Positions 11,099 through 24,016 of a stretch of DNA of 64,000 bases are shown in pieces (position 1 is the first letter of the stretch; each line of letters opens with the position of its first letter). A model generated the notes under the pieces. It was given only the letters and a program-made list of their open reading frames with translations. It did not search any database and was not told where the DNA came from. The translations under genes were made by a program, and so were the position numbers. The stretch is from contig CM059431.1 in NCBI GenBank assembly GCA_030390025.1, positions 135,162,001-135,226,000 of the forward strand, in the 5' to 3' direction. This DNA is from Squalus acanthias. Its lineage: Eukaryota.

Positions 11099-12908
11099 AT
11101 GGCGGAGGCTCACCACAGGGAGAAAGCCCGCAGATTCTCCAACGCGGCTCTTGAGGCACTGGTCATGGCTGTGGAGAGGAGGCGGGCTGTCCTCTTCCTA
11201 CACACTGGCAGGAAGCCCTCGCCACACACTTCTCGAAGGCTCTAGCAGGAGATAGCTGCCCATGTGACAACCAGCACCAAGGTCAGCCACCCAGTGCCGA
11301 AAGATGTTTAATGACCTCACACGGTCAAGGTGAGTGAAGACTTCAGCAAATGCCATATCCCACCATCTGCACCACAAGCCTCACACATTGCTCAATGCAC
11401 CACACCCCCATCACTACCAACAATTCCTACCAAACACCACTTAGACCTTACAGTCATAGCTTCACTTCACCCTCACAACTTTACCACTGCTGCAACACTC
11501 ACACCCACATCTCACACCTTGCACAACCATGACAGGCACATCACCCAAACACATTGCACACACTCACTGACACACTTCTCTTTCTCTTGTATGCCAAGGT
11601 TATGCATAATCAGATGGAGCAGCGGAAGACGAGTGGGGAGGCAGGCTGCCATCCACGACCTCAGCCAGCTGGAGGAGAGAGTGCTGGAGATCATTGGGCG
11701 GCAGATAATGGAGGCCATGGCAACCAGAGAGGTTGAACCCCTTGGGAACAACAACGGTATGCTCATTCCTAACCCTCCTTCTCACATCCCAATTCCCCCC
11801 CTTCCCACAATCTCTTCTCACTTTCAAGCTGCTGATGCTGTATGCATACATATCTTGCTTCCCTTCCCTCACCATAACCTAACTCTTGTGCCTTTCTGCT
11901 TTCAGATAATCAAGAACAAGCAACCCGAGCAGCCGGTCCCTGAAACGATGCACGAGAGCGAGGGGGGAGAGGAGAAGACACAGCATCACTGCATCTGTCA
12001 CTTGCAGACACCAGCTCAGAAACTGGCACTGCACGTACTTTGGAGGCTAGTGTAGTAGTGGGATCTGCAGAGGGTGAGGCACTGGGCATGAGTGGGCTGC
12101 ACCAAGGCCAGGGGGAAAGGGTAGCTCGGGGGCCAGCTCCCCAGAGGGTGAGTTCGCCCGCGCGTTCTGCTGCACACAATTCAGATGAGGACCTTGATGG
12201 GGCGGCCTTCAGAAGAAGGGTGATGGCCATGCACACCAAATTGCTAGGTGCAATAGCAAGCCTGCCAGAGAGCCTTTCGGCAATGTAAAGAAGCATGGAG
12301 GAGTCCGCCTCCAACATTGGACGGGGCTTTGGCAGAGCTTGGAGCCCGTGATTTCCATGCTAAAAAAGACGGAAAACTCCAGGAGAGACCGTGTCGGCCT
12401 AGACATGATTCTGCGTGTGATGGGCGATGTCGCAGCTGACATTGCAGCACAGGCGAAAGCGACCCAACATCTCAGTGCTGCAGTGGAAGCCTCATGAAGT
12501 CTCAGCTTGCTGCCACCCAAGATCAGTCTGCTCTCATGCAATCTGAACTTGGTGGTTAGGTTTAGCAGTGTTGACCGGGGCTTGCAGGGTGTTGCAGCAG
12601 CCCAGCAATCTGTGTAGTGGTAGTGGGATAGTGGAGCAGGACCCCGCTGTCCTCTATCAGGATGACATCATTCCTGTTCCCACCACTGTGACTTGTTGTT
12701 CCCTGTCATCCAGCCAGCCCAGACTGCTGCCGCCCATGCCGTGGTGGTGCAGTCTACAACTGGGTCTTCTCGGGCCAAAGCTGCTCGAGGTCGTCCTGCA
12801 AGGTCATTTGACGTCTCCCCCATGGAAACTCAGGAGCCTTCCACCAGCCATGCTGCAGCCACTGGAGGAACACTGCATAGGAGCACTAGAGTAGGAAAAG
12901 GCACATGA
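11099..12908 (+). pseudogene. Harbinger Myb/SANT-like DNA-binding protein gene, 3 exons (~11099-11329, ~11593-11756, 11906-12908), disrupted
   Basis: MAEAHHREKARRFSNAALEALV..QCRKMFNDL followed by GTGAGT donor; AKVMHNQMEQRKTSG..LSQLEERVLEIIG; in-frame TAG at 11243 and frameshifts. Confidence 0.82.
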
Positions 12909-13120
12909 ACGACAGGCACTAAGGGATTGCACAAGACTGATTCGTTCATATCGGAAGTGGAAAAATGTGTCAATTGATTTTGGATAAATTTAGTAATTTT
13001 GTTTGGAATCTTTTGTGATGGCTCTCATTTCAGCTTTATGCCCAGGAGGATGCTGTGATATTCTGTGAGACAGGGATGGTATGATGGGGATGTGGTGAGC
13101 AATGGGGATCTGGGGTTTCA

Positions 13121-16100
13121 TTATTTGGAATCGGAGTCTGACGAACCATTCACGGACAGCCCATCCGGAAGGGGTTTGGCTCCCTGCTTCCTCCCTCCCT
13201 CCTCATCCTCTTCCGTGTCCTCTTCCTCATCTTTCTCTTCATCATCTTCCTCCTCCTCCTCCTCCTCTCCCTCATCCTTCTCCTGAGGTGGTCCCACAAT
13301 CACTAGTGGCAATGAGAAAGGGTTAATTAATAACCTTGTAGTAAAGGGGCCTTTAGGTAAGAGTGACCATAATATGATAGAATTTTATATTGCGTTTGAA
13401 AGTGCTTCAGTTAAATCCGAAACTAGGGTCTTAAATCTAAACAAAGCAAACTATGTAGGTATGAGGGGCGAGTTGGCTAAGGTAGATTGGTAAACTACAT
13501 TAAAAGGTATGATGGTAGATAAGCAATGGCTAGCATTTAAAGAATTAATACAAAATTTACAACAAATATACATTCCTTTAAGGCACAAAAACCCCACAGG
13601 AAAAGTGGTCCAACTGTGGCTAGCAAGAGAAGTTGAAGATAGTATTAGATCAAAGGAAGAAGCTTATAATGTTGCCAAAAAGAGTAGTAAGCCTGAGGAT
13701 TGGAAGGATTTCAGAATTCAGCAAAGGAGGACTAAGAAACTGATAAAGAAAGGGAAAATAGAATGAGAGTAAATTAGCGAGAGACATAAAAACAGACTGT
13801 AAAAGCTTCTATAGGTATGTTAAAAGGAAAAGAATAGCGAAAGTAAATGTGAGTCCCTTACAGACTGAGACAGGAGAAATTATAATGGGGAATAAGGAAA
13901 CGGAAGAAGATGCAAAAAACTTCCCGGAAATAGAGAATGAGGAACTGGAAGAAATTAGTATTAGTAAAAAATAGTACTGGAGAAATTAATGGCACTGAAA
14001 GCCAATAAATCCCCTGGATGCGATGGCCTACATCCTAGGGTTTTGAAATAGTTGGCTATCGAGATAATGGATGCATTGATTGTCATTTTTCAAAATTCCA
14101 TAGATTCTAGAACAGTTCCCGCGGATTGGAAGGTAGCAAATGTAACCCCACTATTTAAGAAAGGAGGGAGAGAGAAAACGAGGAACTACAGACCAGTTCA
14201 CCTGATAACAGTAGTAGGGAAAATGCTAGAATCTATTATTAAAGGACGTAGTAACAGGGCACAGAAAATAATAGAGTTTTTGAGGTTGTAAATAGCAAAA
14301 TAGATAAGGGGGAGCCAGTGGATGTGGTTTATTTGGATTTTCGGAAGGCATTCGATAAGGTGCCACACAAGGGGTTGTTAAACAAAATTAGGGCTCATGG
14401 GATTGGTGGTAATATACTAGCATGGATTGAGGATTAGTTAACGGACAGAAAACATAAAGTAGGAATAAACGGATCATTTTCGGGTTGGCAGGCTGTAACT
14501 AGTGGGGTACCGCAAGGACCAGTGCCTGGGCCTCAGCTATTCACAATCTACATCAATGATTTGGATGAGGGGACCAAATGTAATATATCCAAGATTGCTG
14601 ATGATACAAAGCTAGGTGGAAATGTAAGTTGTGAGGAGGATACAAGGCGGCTTCAAGAGATATAGACAAGCTAAGTGAGTGGGCAAGAACATGGCAAATG
14701 GAATATAATGTGGAGAAATGTGAAGTTATCCACTTTGGTAGGAAAAATAAAAAAGCAGAGTATTTTTTAAATGGTGAGAGATTGGGGAATGTTAGTTTTC
14801 AAAGGGACCTGGGTGTCCTTGTACACGAATCATTGAAAGTTAACATGCAGGTACAGCAAGCAATTAGGAAAGCAAATGGTATGTTGGCCTTTATTACAAG
14901 AGGATTTGAGTATAAGAGTAAAGACCTCTTACTGCAATTATATAGGGCCCTGGTGAGACCACACCTGGAATATTGTGTGCAGTTTTGGTCTGCTTACCTA
15001 AGGAAGGATATACTTGCCATAGAGGGAGTGCAACGAAGGTTCACCAGACTGATTCCTGGGATGGGGGGATTGTCCTGTGAGGAGAGATTGAGTAGACTAG
15101 GCCTATATTCTCTAGAGTTTAGAAGAATGAGAGGTGATCTCATTGAAACATACAAAATTCTTACAGGGCTTGACAGGGTAGATGCAGGGAGGATGTTTCT
15201 CCTGGATGGGGAGTCTAGAACCATGAGTCACAGTCTCAGAATAAGGGGTTGGCCATTTAAGGCTGAGATGAGGAGAAATTTCTTCATTCAGAGGGTGGTG
15301 AATCTTTGGAATTCTCTACCCCAGAGGACTGTGGAGGTTCAGTCATTGAGTATATTCAAGACAGAGATCGATAGATTTTTGAATATTAAGGGAATCAAGG
15401 GATATGGGGATAGTGCAGGAAAGTGGAGATGAGGTAGAAGATCAGCCATGATCTTATCGACTGGTGGAGCAGGCTCGAAGGGCCAAATGGCCTACTCCTG
15501 CTCCTATTTCTTATGTTCTTATCTTATGCTGCACCCTCATGATGGCCAAGTTGTGAAGCATGCAGCAGACTACCACAAAATGGGACAGCTCCTCCGGCGT
15601 GTACTGGAGGGCTCCTCCCGAGTGGCCAAGACAGTGGAACCATTGCTTCAGTAGCTCGATGGTCTGCTCAATGATGTTCCTGGTGGAAGCATGGCTCTCA
15701 TTATATGTGTGCTGGGCACGAGTGGTGGGGTTGCGAGGGGAGTCATGAGCCAGGTGCGGAGCAGATAGCCCTTGTCTCTGAGCAGCCACCCATGAGTTTG
15801 ATGTGGTGGCTGGAAGATTGCTGGATGAAGTCATCATGGCTGCTGCCAGGATAGCGAGCGTTGAACATAAGGAAGTGCTGGCGTGGTTGCACACCACCTG
15901 CACATTAAGTGAGTGGTAGCCTTTGCAGTTACAGAAGATCTCAGGATTGTTATGCGGTGCCCGCAAAGCCACGTGGGTGCAGTCGCTGGTGCCCTGCACC
16001 TTGGGGAAGCTCGCTATCCTGGCAAAGCCACATGCACACTCGTCCTGCTTCTCTCTGTTCAGAGAGAAGACAACGTAGTACCTTCTGGTGTAGAGAGCCT

Positions 16101-16502
16101 CTGTGACCTCCCGGATGCAGCGATGGATGGTGAACTGGGAGATGTTAGCTATGTCTCCTGCTCCAGATTGGAAGGATCCACTGGTGAAGAAATTGAGGGC
16201 CATAGTGACCTTGACTGCTACTGGGAGAGCTGTGTTCTTCCTGCTCTCAGGTTGTAGGTATGATTGTAGGAGGTGGCAGAGTTCTGTGATCACTTCCTTG
16301 GTGAAGCGGAGCCTCCTAATATACTGCTCCTTGCTTAAGTGGAGGGAAGAGAAGTGCTCTCGTAAGACCCTAGGTGGGTAAGGCCTCCTGTTGAGAGCCC
16401 TCCTCCTCCTCCCACTGCGGCATCTTCTCGTCTTTTTCGCTGCCTCTGCTCTCTCTCCCTAAGATACTCGAGCGTGAGGGCGACTGCCAGTAGAGCCCCC
16501 AT
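13121..16502 (-). pseudogene. HARBI1-type DDE transposase of Harbinger element, split by CR1
   Basis: [68 protein letters not shown]; acidic C-terminal tail resumes at 13121-13310. Confidence 0.88.
13309..15528 (+). mobile_element. 5'-truncated CR1 LINE
   Basis: RT ORFs 13509-15432, CR1 3' UTR and tail. Confidence 0.92.
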
Positions 16503-16777
16503 GACTGTGTGCAAGTGTTGTGAGCAGAAGCCTTTAAGCCCCAACACTCCCTGTCACCTTAGGACCTTGACAGAAGTTAATAAAGCTGCTGGAGTTGCAG
16601 AAAGTTGCACAGAGCCAGTCAAACCAGAGAAACATGTCAGGTGCAAGTTGTTGCTGGTGATCTCTTTAATTAACGCTGCTGGAGCCTCCTTCCTGCTTGT
16701 CAATGTTCCTTAGCTCATCGCACTTATGGCATGCCGATAATTTAAGTGGCGAATTCGAAACTCGCAGATCGGGCATC

Positions 16778-17300
16778 AAGATATACTTCCCTTGGAGGCG
16801 GTGCAACAAAGGTTCACTAGATTGATTCCTGGGATGAGAGGGTTGTCCTATGATGAGAGATTGTGTAGAATAGGCCTATACTCTCTGGAGTTTAGAAGAA
16901 TGAGAGGTGATCTCATTGAAACATACAAGATTCTGAAGGGAATTGATGGGGTAGATGCCGAGAGGTTGTTTCCCCTGGCTGGAGTGTCTAGAACTAGGGG
17001 GCATAGTCTCAGGATAAGGGGTAGGCCATTTAAGACCGAGACGAGGAGGAACTTCTTCACTCAGAGGGTTGTGAATCTTTGGAATTCTCTGCCCCAGAGG
17101 GCTGTGAATGCTGAGTCTTTGAGTATATTCAAGGCTGAGAGAGATAGATTTTTGGACTCCAGGGGAATCAAGGGATATGGAGATCGGGCGGGAAAGTAGA
17201 GTTGAGGTCGATGATCAGCCATGATCTTATTGAATGGTGGAGCAGGCTCGAGGGGCCGTATGGCCTACTCCTGCTCTTATTCCTTATGTTCTTATGTTCT
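16778..17300 (+). mobile_element. Short CR1 3' fragment
   Basis: ORF 16792-17199 is the ORF2 C-terminus; TTCTTATG tail. Confidence 0.9.
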
Positions 17301-17681
17301 AAGATCGGTTGCACACTCACTGATGTCACGATCTGCATAATCTACATATCCCTAGCGAGCGCGGACATTGGCAGTGGTGCCAGCCATCTGAAAATGACGG
17401 CAGCCGCGGGACCCGCGGGCGGAAGAGCGGCGGCCGACAAATTTTTGCCCAAATCTGGCGGTAACGGGTGGCGCTAAACCCCTGAATTTCTAGGCCCGTA
17501 TTTGTTCAAGCATTACATGGAATTTTATTGTATTTCTGTGTGTATTAAGCTGATATTTAGTGTAGTACAATGAAATGTAAGAAGGATAGGGGACTATTTA
17601 TAGTTTGAGGATTGTAAAACATTGATCTCAGAACATTTTTTATATGCTAGTTGATAATCCAATGTCGGAGAATATGGTCAC

Positions 17682-17844
17682 CAATGTCCCCTCTAAGCCG
17701 TGTGCCCGCGGTGCAGTCTGCTGGTCTTGCGCAGCCCGGGACCCGCATTTCCAATTTCAAATTCTGCGCATGCGTGTAACTTTGAATAGGCCGCAGCCCA
17801 TTAAAGTGATCGCGTGGCCAAATTTAAAATTAGGGGGAACATTG
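17682..17844. mobile_element. hAT-type MITE, 163 bp
   Basis: 15-bp TIR CAATGTCCCCTCTAA / TTAGGGGGAACATTG (2 mismatches); perfect 8-bp TSD ATGGTCAC (17674-17681, 17845-17852). Confidence 0.88.
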
Positions 17845-18367
17845 ATGGTCACTCCATTACCTGTATCTGCTGTCTTTGTGTTGCTGTTGCTCTTCCTGGC
17901 CCTCCTCTTCCACTTCTGATTCTATCTTTCACTTTTCTTCTGCTTTTCTTCCCTTAACTCTGCATTTTATTTTTCTCTTTTTCATCATTTCTTCTTTCCT
18001 TTCAGGTGGAATATGATGAGTGGTATGGCAGGGAAAGGAGCCACCATCAGCTGTAGGCCAGGATTAGAGGGAAAATGTGGTCCTCAGTGGCTCCCTTCCC
18101 ATCCCGTGCCCTAATCATATGCTTCCCCCTACCCCTTCATCTTCCGACTACCACTTCCCTTCCCTACCGTCCTCCCTCTCCCCTCACTGCCCCGCCACTT
18201 TTCCTTTGATTTATTAGCTCCAATGTTACTTACCTCATCCTTAACCCTCCATTCACTCCAATTTGCTCCAAGAGTGGGTGGTAGTAGGTCCAAGTCCCCC
18301 TGACGCTCTACCATTTTGCCTTCGCCACTCTATTTCTTACCTTCCCTTTCTATGTTTCCCTCAAAGA

Positions 18368-19070
18368 AGCTTTGTTTGTCAACAAAATTCAGTTAAAAAT
18401 AAATCAAATTAAAATGAAGAAAGACACTGTATGTATGCCTGTCTCTCTATTTTTGTCTATCGGTCTCTTCTCTGTCTCACAGATTTTAGACATTGGAATG
18501 TTTGCTTCACAAGTGCAAGTGATTAGCTTTTTAACTTTTCTAATTGCCACAAATAACCCACAAGTGAGATGATTATTTAACTTCAAAACTCAACTGGTGT
18601 TTTTCTATGAACTGAACTAAATTTAAATGAAGAAAGACTCCCTCTTTCTCTTTCTCCCTCTATCATTACTGTCTCACTCTTTCTCTGTCATTCACTCTCA
18701 GCCAAGTTTGTTGCTTAATACATTTTCCAAGAGTTATCGAACACAAAATAAAAGCTTCAACTGAAGGAATGCTGTAATTTTTTTCTCTCCCTGTCTTTCA
18801 CATGGACATAAAGACACAAAGACAAAATTAGAAACACACACACAGTCTCTCTTTCTTAAGCTCAATAAAAATTTAGCTCAATAAAGCGCTAGAATTGGAA
18901 AAAAAATTCCATCAGTTTAGCTGACTGAATGGTACTGGTGCATCCTGGGAAATTAACCTGCACATGCTCAGATTACACAATCCAAAATCAGTTCAGAGTA
19001 ACAGCTTTGTTTGTTATCAAAATTCAGTTAAAAATAAATCAAATTAGAATGAGAAAAGACACTGTCTGTA
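18368..19070. repeat. ~68-bp direct repeat pair (18368-18435, 19003-19070)
   Basis: AGCTTTGTTTGT..CAAAATTCAGTTAAAAATAAATCAAATTA..AAAGACACTGT..GTA occurs twice. Confidence 0.85.
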
Positions 19071-19878
19071 AATCCCGACCGCAAATTCAGGGTCATTCAC
19101 ATTATTGTCAATATGTATTTTTGATTTTTTAACATTTTGTTTCAATTGTTATTTCGGACATTAGAAAGCTAATGAGAAAAAAAGTATTTTGAGTGATTTA
19201 TGGGAACGTAGTAGCCAGATTGCACAATCACAGTAACAAGATTATATTGGCGAAAACTATTCTAAATGTGGACATAGGTATTCACAAAGCGTGTAACACA
19301 ATGTGACAACAGGAAGTCAAGTTATGTAGTAAGAAAGTGTGCATAGCTCTAAGATTTCTAATATATTATAGATAGAGAGATAAATATCTAAAGAATTGCT
19401 GTGGTTAATATTGTGAGGATATTTACACGGTGGGCACATTAGTCTAATTTTTTTTCAGCATCTTGCTTACCTCAATTTTACAATGCTTTTGATACAATAG
19501 AAAAAGCAGGATTATTTGTAAACTCGGAGACCTAATCCAGTAAAACGTTCGATCAGGTGCAATATTGTAAAATTAGCTAAGCAATTTTGCATCAAAATGT
19601 TGTCTAAAAAAATACATAAGCACTTGTATGCAGTTGAAAAATAATGTGGAGCTTGTAATGTGGCATAATGTCAACACAAAATTATTGATTTTAGTCATTT
19701 AGATATTATAACAATGAGAGCAGAAAAACAGGAAGATTAAAATGTGCATAATATTATAGTTCTCTATGTGGCCAATGATGCTCGAGGGCCAGTTTTGTAA
19801 TCATGTTTTAATTATGAAGCATTTATTCTATTATTGCAGTAAGCATAAATAAAGGGGTATTGGAGAGGGTTGATGAGG

Positions 19879-22800
19879 ATAGAAACATAGAAACATAGAA
19901 GATAGGAGTAGGCCATTCGGCCCCTCGAGCCTGCTCCGCCATTCAATGCGATCATGGCTGATCATCCAAATTCAATACCCTGTCCCTGCTTTCTCCCCTT
20001 ATCCCTTGATCCCTTTAGCCTTAAGAAATATATCTAACTCCTTCTTGAATATATTTAATGAATTGGCATCAACTGCCTTCTGTGGTAGAGAATTCCACAG
20101 GTTCACCACTCTCTGGGTGAAGAAATTCCTCCTCATCTCAGTCCTAAATGACTTACCCCTTATCCTTAGACTGTGACCCCTGGTTCTGGACTCCCCCGCC
20201 ATCGGGAACATCCTTCCTGCATCTAGTCCTGCTAGAATTTTATAAGTTTCAATGAGATCCCCTCTCATTCTTCTAAACTCTAGCAAATATAAGCCTAATC
20301 GACCCAATCTCTCTTCATACGTCATTCCTGCCATCCCAGGTATCAGTCTGGTGAATCTTCGCTGCACTCCCTCCCTGGCAAGAACATCCTTCCTCAGATA
20401 AGGTGACCAAAACTGCACACAATACTCAAGGTGTGGTCTCACCAAGGCCTTGTACAACTGCAGCAAGACATCCTTGCTCCTGTACTCAAATCCTCTCGCT
20501 ATGAAGGCCAACATACCATTTGCCTTCTTAACCGTCTGCTGCACCTGCATGCTTACCTTCAGCGACTGATGCACAAGGACACCCAGGTCTCGTTGCGCTT
20601 CCCCTTTTCCCAATCTATTGCCGTTCAGATAATAATCTGCCTTCCTGTTTTTGCCACCAAAGTGGATAACCTCGCATTTATCCACATTATACTGCATCTG
20701 CCATGCATCTGCCCAATCACCCAACCTGTTCAAATCATACTGGAGTTTCTCTGCATCCTCCTCACAGCACACACGCCCACCCAGCTTTGTGTCGTCGGCA
20801 AACTTGGAGATATTACATCTAGTTCCCTCGTCTAGATCATTAATATATATTGTGAATAACTGGGGTCCTAGCACCGATCCCTGCAGTACCCCACTAGTCA
20901 CTGCCTGCCACTCGGAAAAAGACCCGTTTATTCCAACTCTTTGCTTCCTGTCTGCCAACCAGTTTTCGATCCAAGTCAGTACCTTACCCCCCAATCCCAT
21001 GTGCTTTAACTTTGCACGCTAATCTGTTATGCGGGACCTTATCGAAAGCCTTCTGAAAGTCCAAATACACCACATCCACTGGTTCTCCCTTATCTATTCT
21101 ACCAGTTACATCCTCAAAAAATTCCAGTAGATTAGTCAAGCATGATTTACCTTTTATAAATCCATGTTGACTTTGTCCGATCCTGTCACTGTTTTCCAAG
21201 TGCTCTGCTATTACATCTTTTATAATGGACTCTAGCATTTTCCCCACTACCGATGTCAGGCTTACCGGTCTATAATTCCCCGTTTTCTCTTGACCACCTT
21301 TTTTAAATAGTGGGGTTACATTAGCTACCCTCCAATCCATGTGAACTGTTCCAGAGTCTATAGAATTTTGGAAGATGACCAGCAATGCATCTACTATTTC
21401 TAGGGCCACTTCCTTAAGTACCCTAGGATGTAGATTATCAGGCCCTGGGGATTTATCGGTCTTCAATCCCATCAATTTCCTATCACCATTTCCCTACAAA
21501 TACTGATTTCATTCAGTTCCTCCCTCTCATTCGACCCTATGATCCCTGACATCTCTGGGAGGTTATTTGTGTCCTCCTTTGTGAAGACAGAACCAAAGTA
21601 TGTATTTAATTGGTCTGCCATTTCTTTGTTCCCCATTATAAATTCCCCTGATTCTGACTGCAAGGAACCTACGCTTGACTTCACCAATCTTTTTCTCTTC
21701 ACATATATATAGAAGCTTTTACAGTCAGTTTTTATGTTCCCTGAAAGCTTACTCTCATACTCTATTTTCCCCCTCTTAATTAATCCCTTTGTCCTCCTTT
21801 GCTGAATCCTAAACTGCTCCCCATCCTCAGGTTTGCTGCTTTTTCTGGCCAATTTATATGTCCTCTCCTTGGATCTTATGCTATCCCTAATTTCCCTTGT
21901 TAGCCACGATTGAGTCACCTTTTTTGTTTTATTTTTATGCCAAACAGGGATGAACAAATTCTGTAGTTCATCCATGCGATCTTTAAATGTTTACCATTGC
22001 CTATCCACCATCAACCCTTTAAGTAACATTCCCCAATCCATCCTAGCCAACTCGCGCCTCATACCATCGTAGTTTCCTTTATTTAAATTCAGTACCTGAG
22101 TCTCTGAGTCAACTACTACTTCACTCTCCATCTTAATGAAGAAATCTATCATATTATGATCGCTCCTCCCCAAGGGGCCTCGCACAACAAGATTGCTAAT
22201 TAATCCTTTCTCATTACATAATACCCAGTCCAAGATGGCCTGATCTCTATTTGGTTCCTCGACATATTGGTCCAGGAAACCATCCCGTATACACTCTAGG
22301 AATTCCTCTTCCACAGTATTGTTACTAATTTAGTTAGCCCAATCTATATGTAGATTAAAGTCACCCATGATAACTGCTGTGCCCTTATTGCACGCATCTC
22401 TAATTTCCCGTTTAATGCCATCCCCAACCTCAGCATTACTGTTTGGGGGTCTGTATAGAACTCCCACTTACATTTTCTGCCCCATGCTATTTCTCAGCTC
22501 TACCCATACAGATTCCACATCATCAGAGCTAATATCCTTCCTTATTTTTGTGTAAATCTCCTCTTTAACCTGCGATGCTACCCCACCTCCTCTTCATTTT
22601 TGCCTGTCCTTCCTGAATATTGAATACCCCTGGATGCTGAATACCCAGCCTTGGTGACCCTGGAGCCATGTCTCTGTAATCCCAATTATATCACATCCGT
22701 TTACATCTGTTTGTGCAGCTAATTCATCCAGCTTATTACGAATGCTCCTCGCATTAAGACACAAAGCCTTCAGGCTTGTTTTTTTAACACTCTTAGACCT

Positions 22801-24016
22801 TTTAGAATTATTGTTTACTGTGGCCATGTTTGATTTACACCCTTGATTTCTCTGCCTTCCACTTTTGCTTTTCTCCTTCCTGTCTTTTGCTTCTATCCTT
22901 GCTTCCCTTTCCTCTGTCTCCCTGCACAGGTTCCCAACCTCCTGCCATTTTAGTTTAAACCCTCCCCAACAGCAGTAGCAAACACTCCCCCTAGGACATC
23001 GGTCCCGGTCCTGCCCAGGTGCAAACCGTCCAGTTTGTTATGGTCCCACCTCCCCCAGAACCGGTTCCAATGTCCCAGGAATTTGAATCCCTCCCCCTTG
23101 CACCATTCTTCTAGCCACGTATTCATCTGAAATATCCTTCTATTTCTACTCTGACTAGTATGTGGCACTGGTAGCAATCCTGAGATTACTACCTTTGAGG
23201 TCCTATTTTTTAATTTACCTCCTAACTCCCTATATTCAGCTTTTAGGACCTCAGCCCATTTTATACCTATATCGTTGGTACCTATATGCACCACGACAAC
23301 TGGCTGTTCATCCTCCCCCTCCAGAATGCCCTGCAGCCGCTCCAAGAGATCCTTGACTCTTGCACCAGGGAGGCAACATACCATCCTGGAGTCTCGTTTG
23401 CGGCCGCAGAAACGCCTATTTATTCCCCTTATAATAGAATCCCCTATCACTATATAACAACAGAAAACACTGGAAAAACTCAGCAGGCTCGGCAGCATCC
23501 GTGGAGAGAGAAACAGAGTTAACGTTTGAGGTCAAAGACCTTTCATCTCTTTCCACGGATGCTGCCTGGCCTGCTGAGTTTTTCCAGCATTTTCTGTTGT
23601 TATTTTGGATTTCCAGCATCTGCAGTATTTTGCTACGCCCTATCATTATAGCTCTCCCTCTCTTTTTCCTCCCGTCCTGTGCAGCAGAACTACCCATGGT
23701 GCCAGGAAGTTGGTTGCTGCTGCCTTCCCCCGATAAGCCATCCCCCTCAACAATATTCAAAGCTGTATAACTGTTTGAGAGGGGGATAGCCACAGGGGAC
23801 CCCTGCACTACCTGCCTGCGCGTACTACTCTGCCTGGCGGTCACTCATTCCCTTCCTGCCTGTGCAGCCTTTACCTGCGGTGTGACCAACTCATTAAACG
23901 TGATATCCACGATGTCCTCAGCATCGCGAATGCTCCAGTATGTATCCATTCGCAGCTCCAGCACCCCAATGCGGTCTGCCAGTAGCTGCAGCTGGATACA
24001 CTTCTCGCACACATAG
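19879..24016 (-). mobile_element. Near full-length CR1 LINE (ORF1 zinc finger/esterase + ORF2 APE-RT), frameshifted
   Basis: (TTTCTATG)n tail; ORF2 pieces 19999-22827; ORF1 SGNH esterase (VIGDSIIRG..HIGTND..DGLHL, 22950-23498) and CEKCIQLQLL zinc finger/zipper. Confidence 0.95.
23455..23637. mobile_element. Small Penelope pLTR fold-back insertion in CR1 ORF1
   Basis: Inverted arms ~23454-23510 / ~23547-23603 plus ~35-nt tail; 13-bp TSD CCCTATCA(C/T)TATA (23442-23454, 23638-23650); truncated hammerhead in the loop. Confidence 0.82.

Larger units (their letters stand above)
11050..17497. mobile_element. Decayed two-gene PIF/Harbinger transposon (left end lost), with two CR1 insertions
   Basis: Convergent Myb/SANT (+) and DDE transposase (-) remnants; right TIR GAATTTCTAGGCCC 17484-17497. 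Confidence 0.88.

Noticed and set aside
15511..16293. Domesticated host HARBI1 or NAIF1/MSANTD gene
   Set aside because: Frameshifts, stops, LINE insertions, TIRs and several paralogous copies indicate dead transposons
17900..18030. Strong polypyrimidine acceptor at 18005 (also 62871-62890)
   Set aside because: No convincing downstream donor with an open, recognisable frame
20431..21022. Antisense ORFs over CR1/RTE RT regions (also 39265-40578, 54369-54889, 58674-59160)
   Set aside because: Shadow ORFs of LINE coding sequence with no independent support
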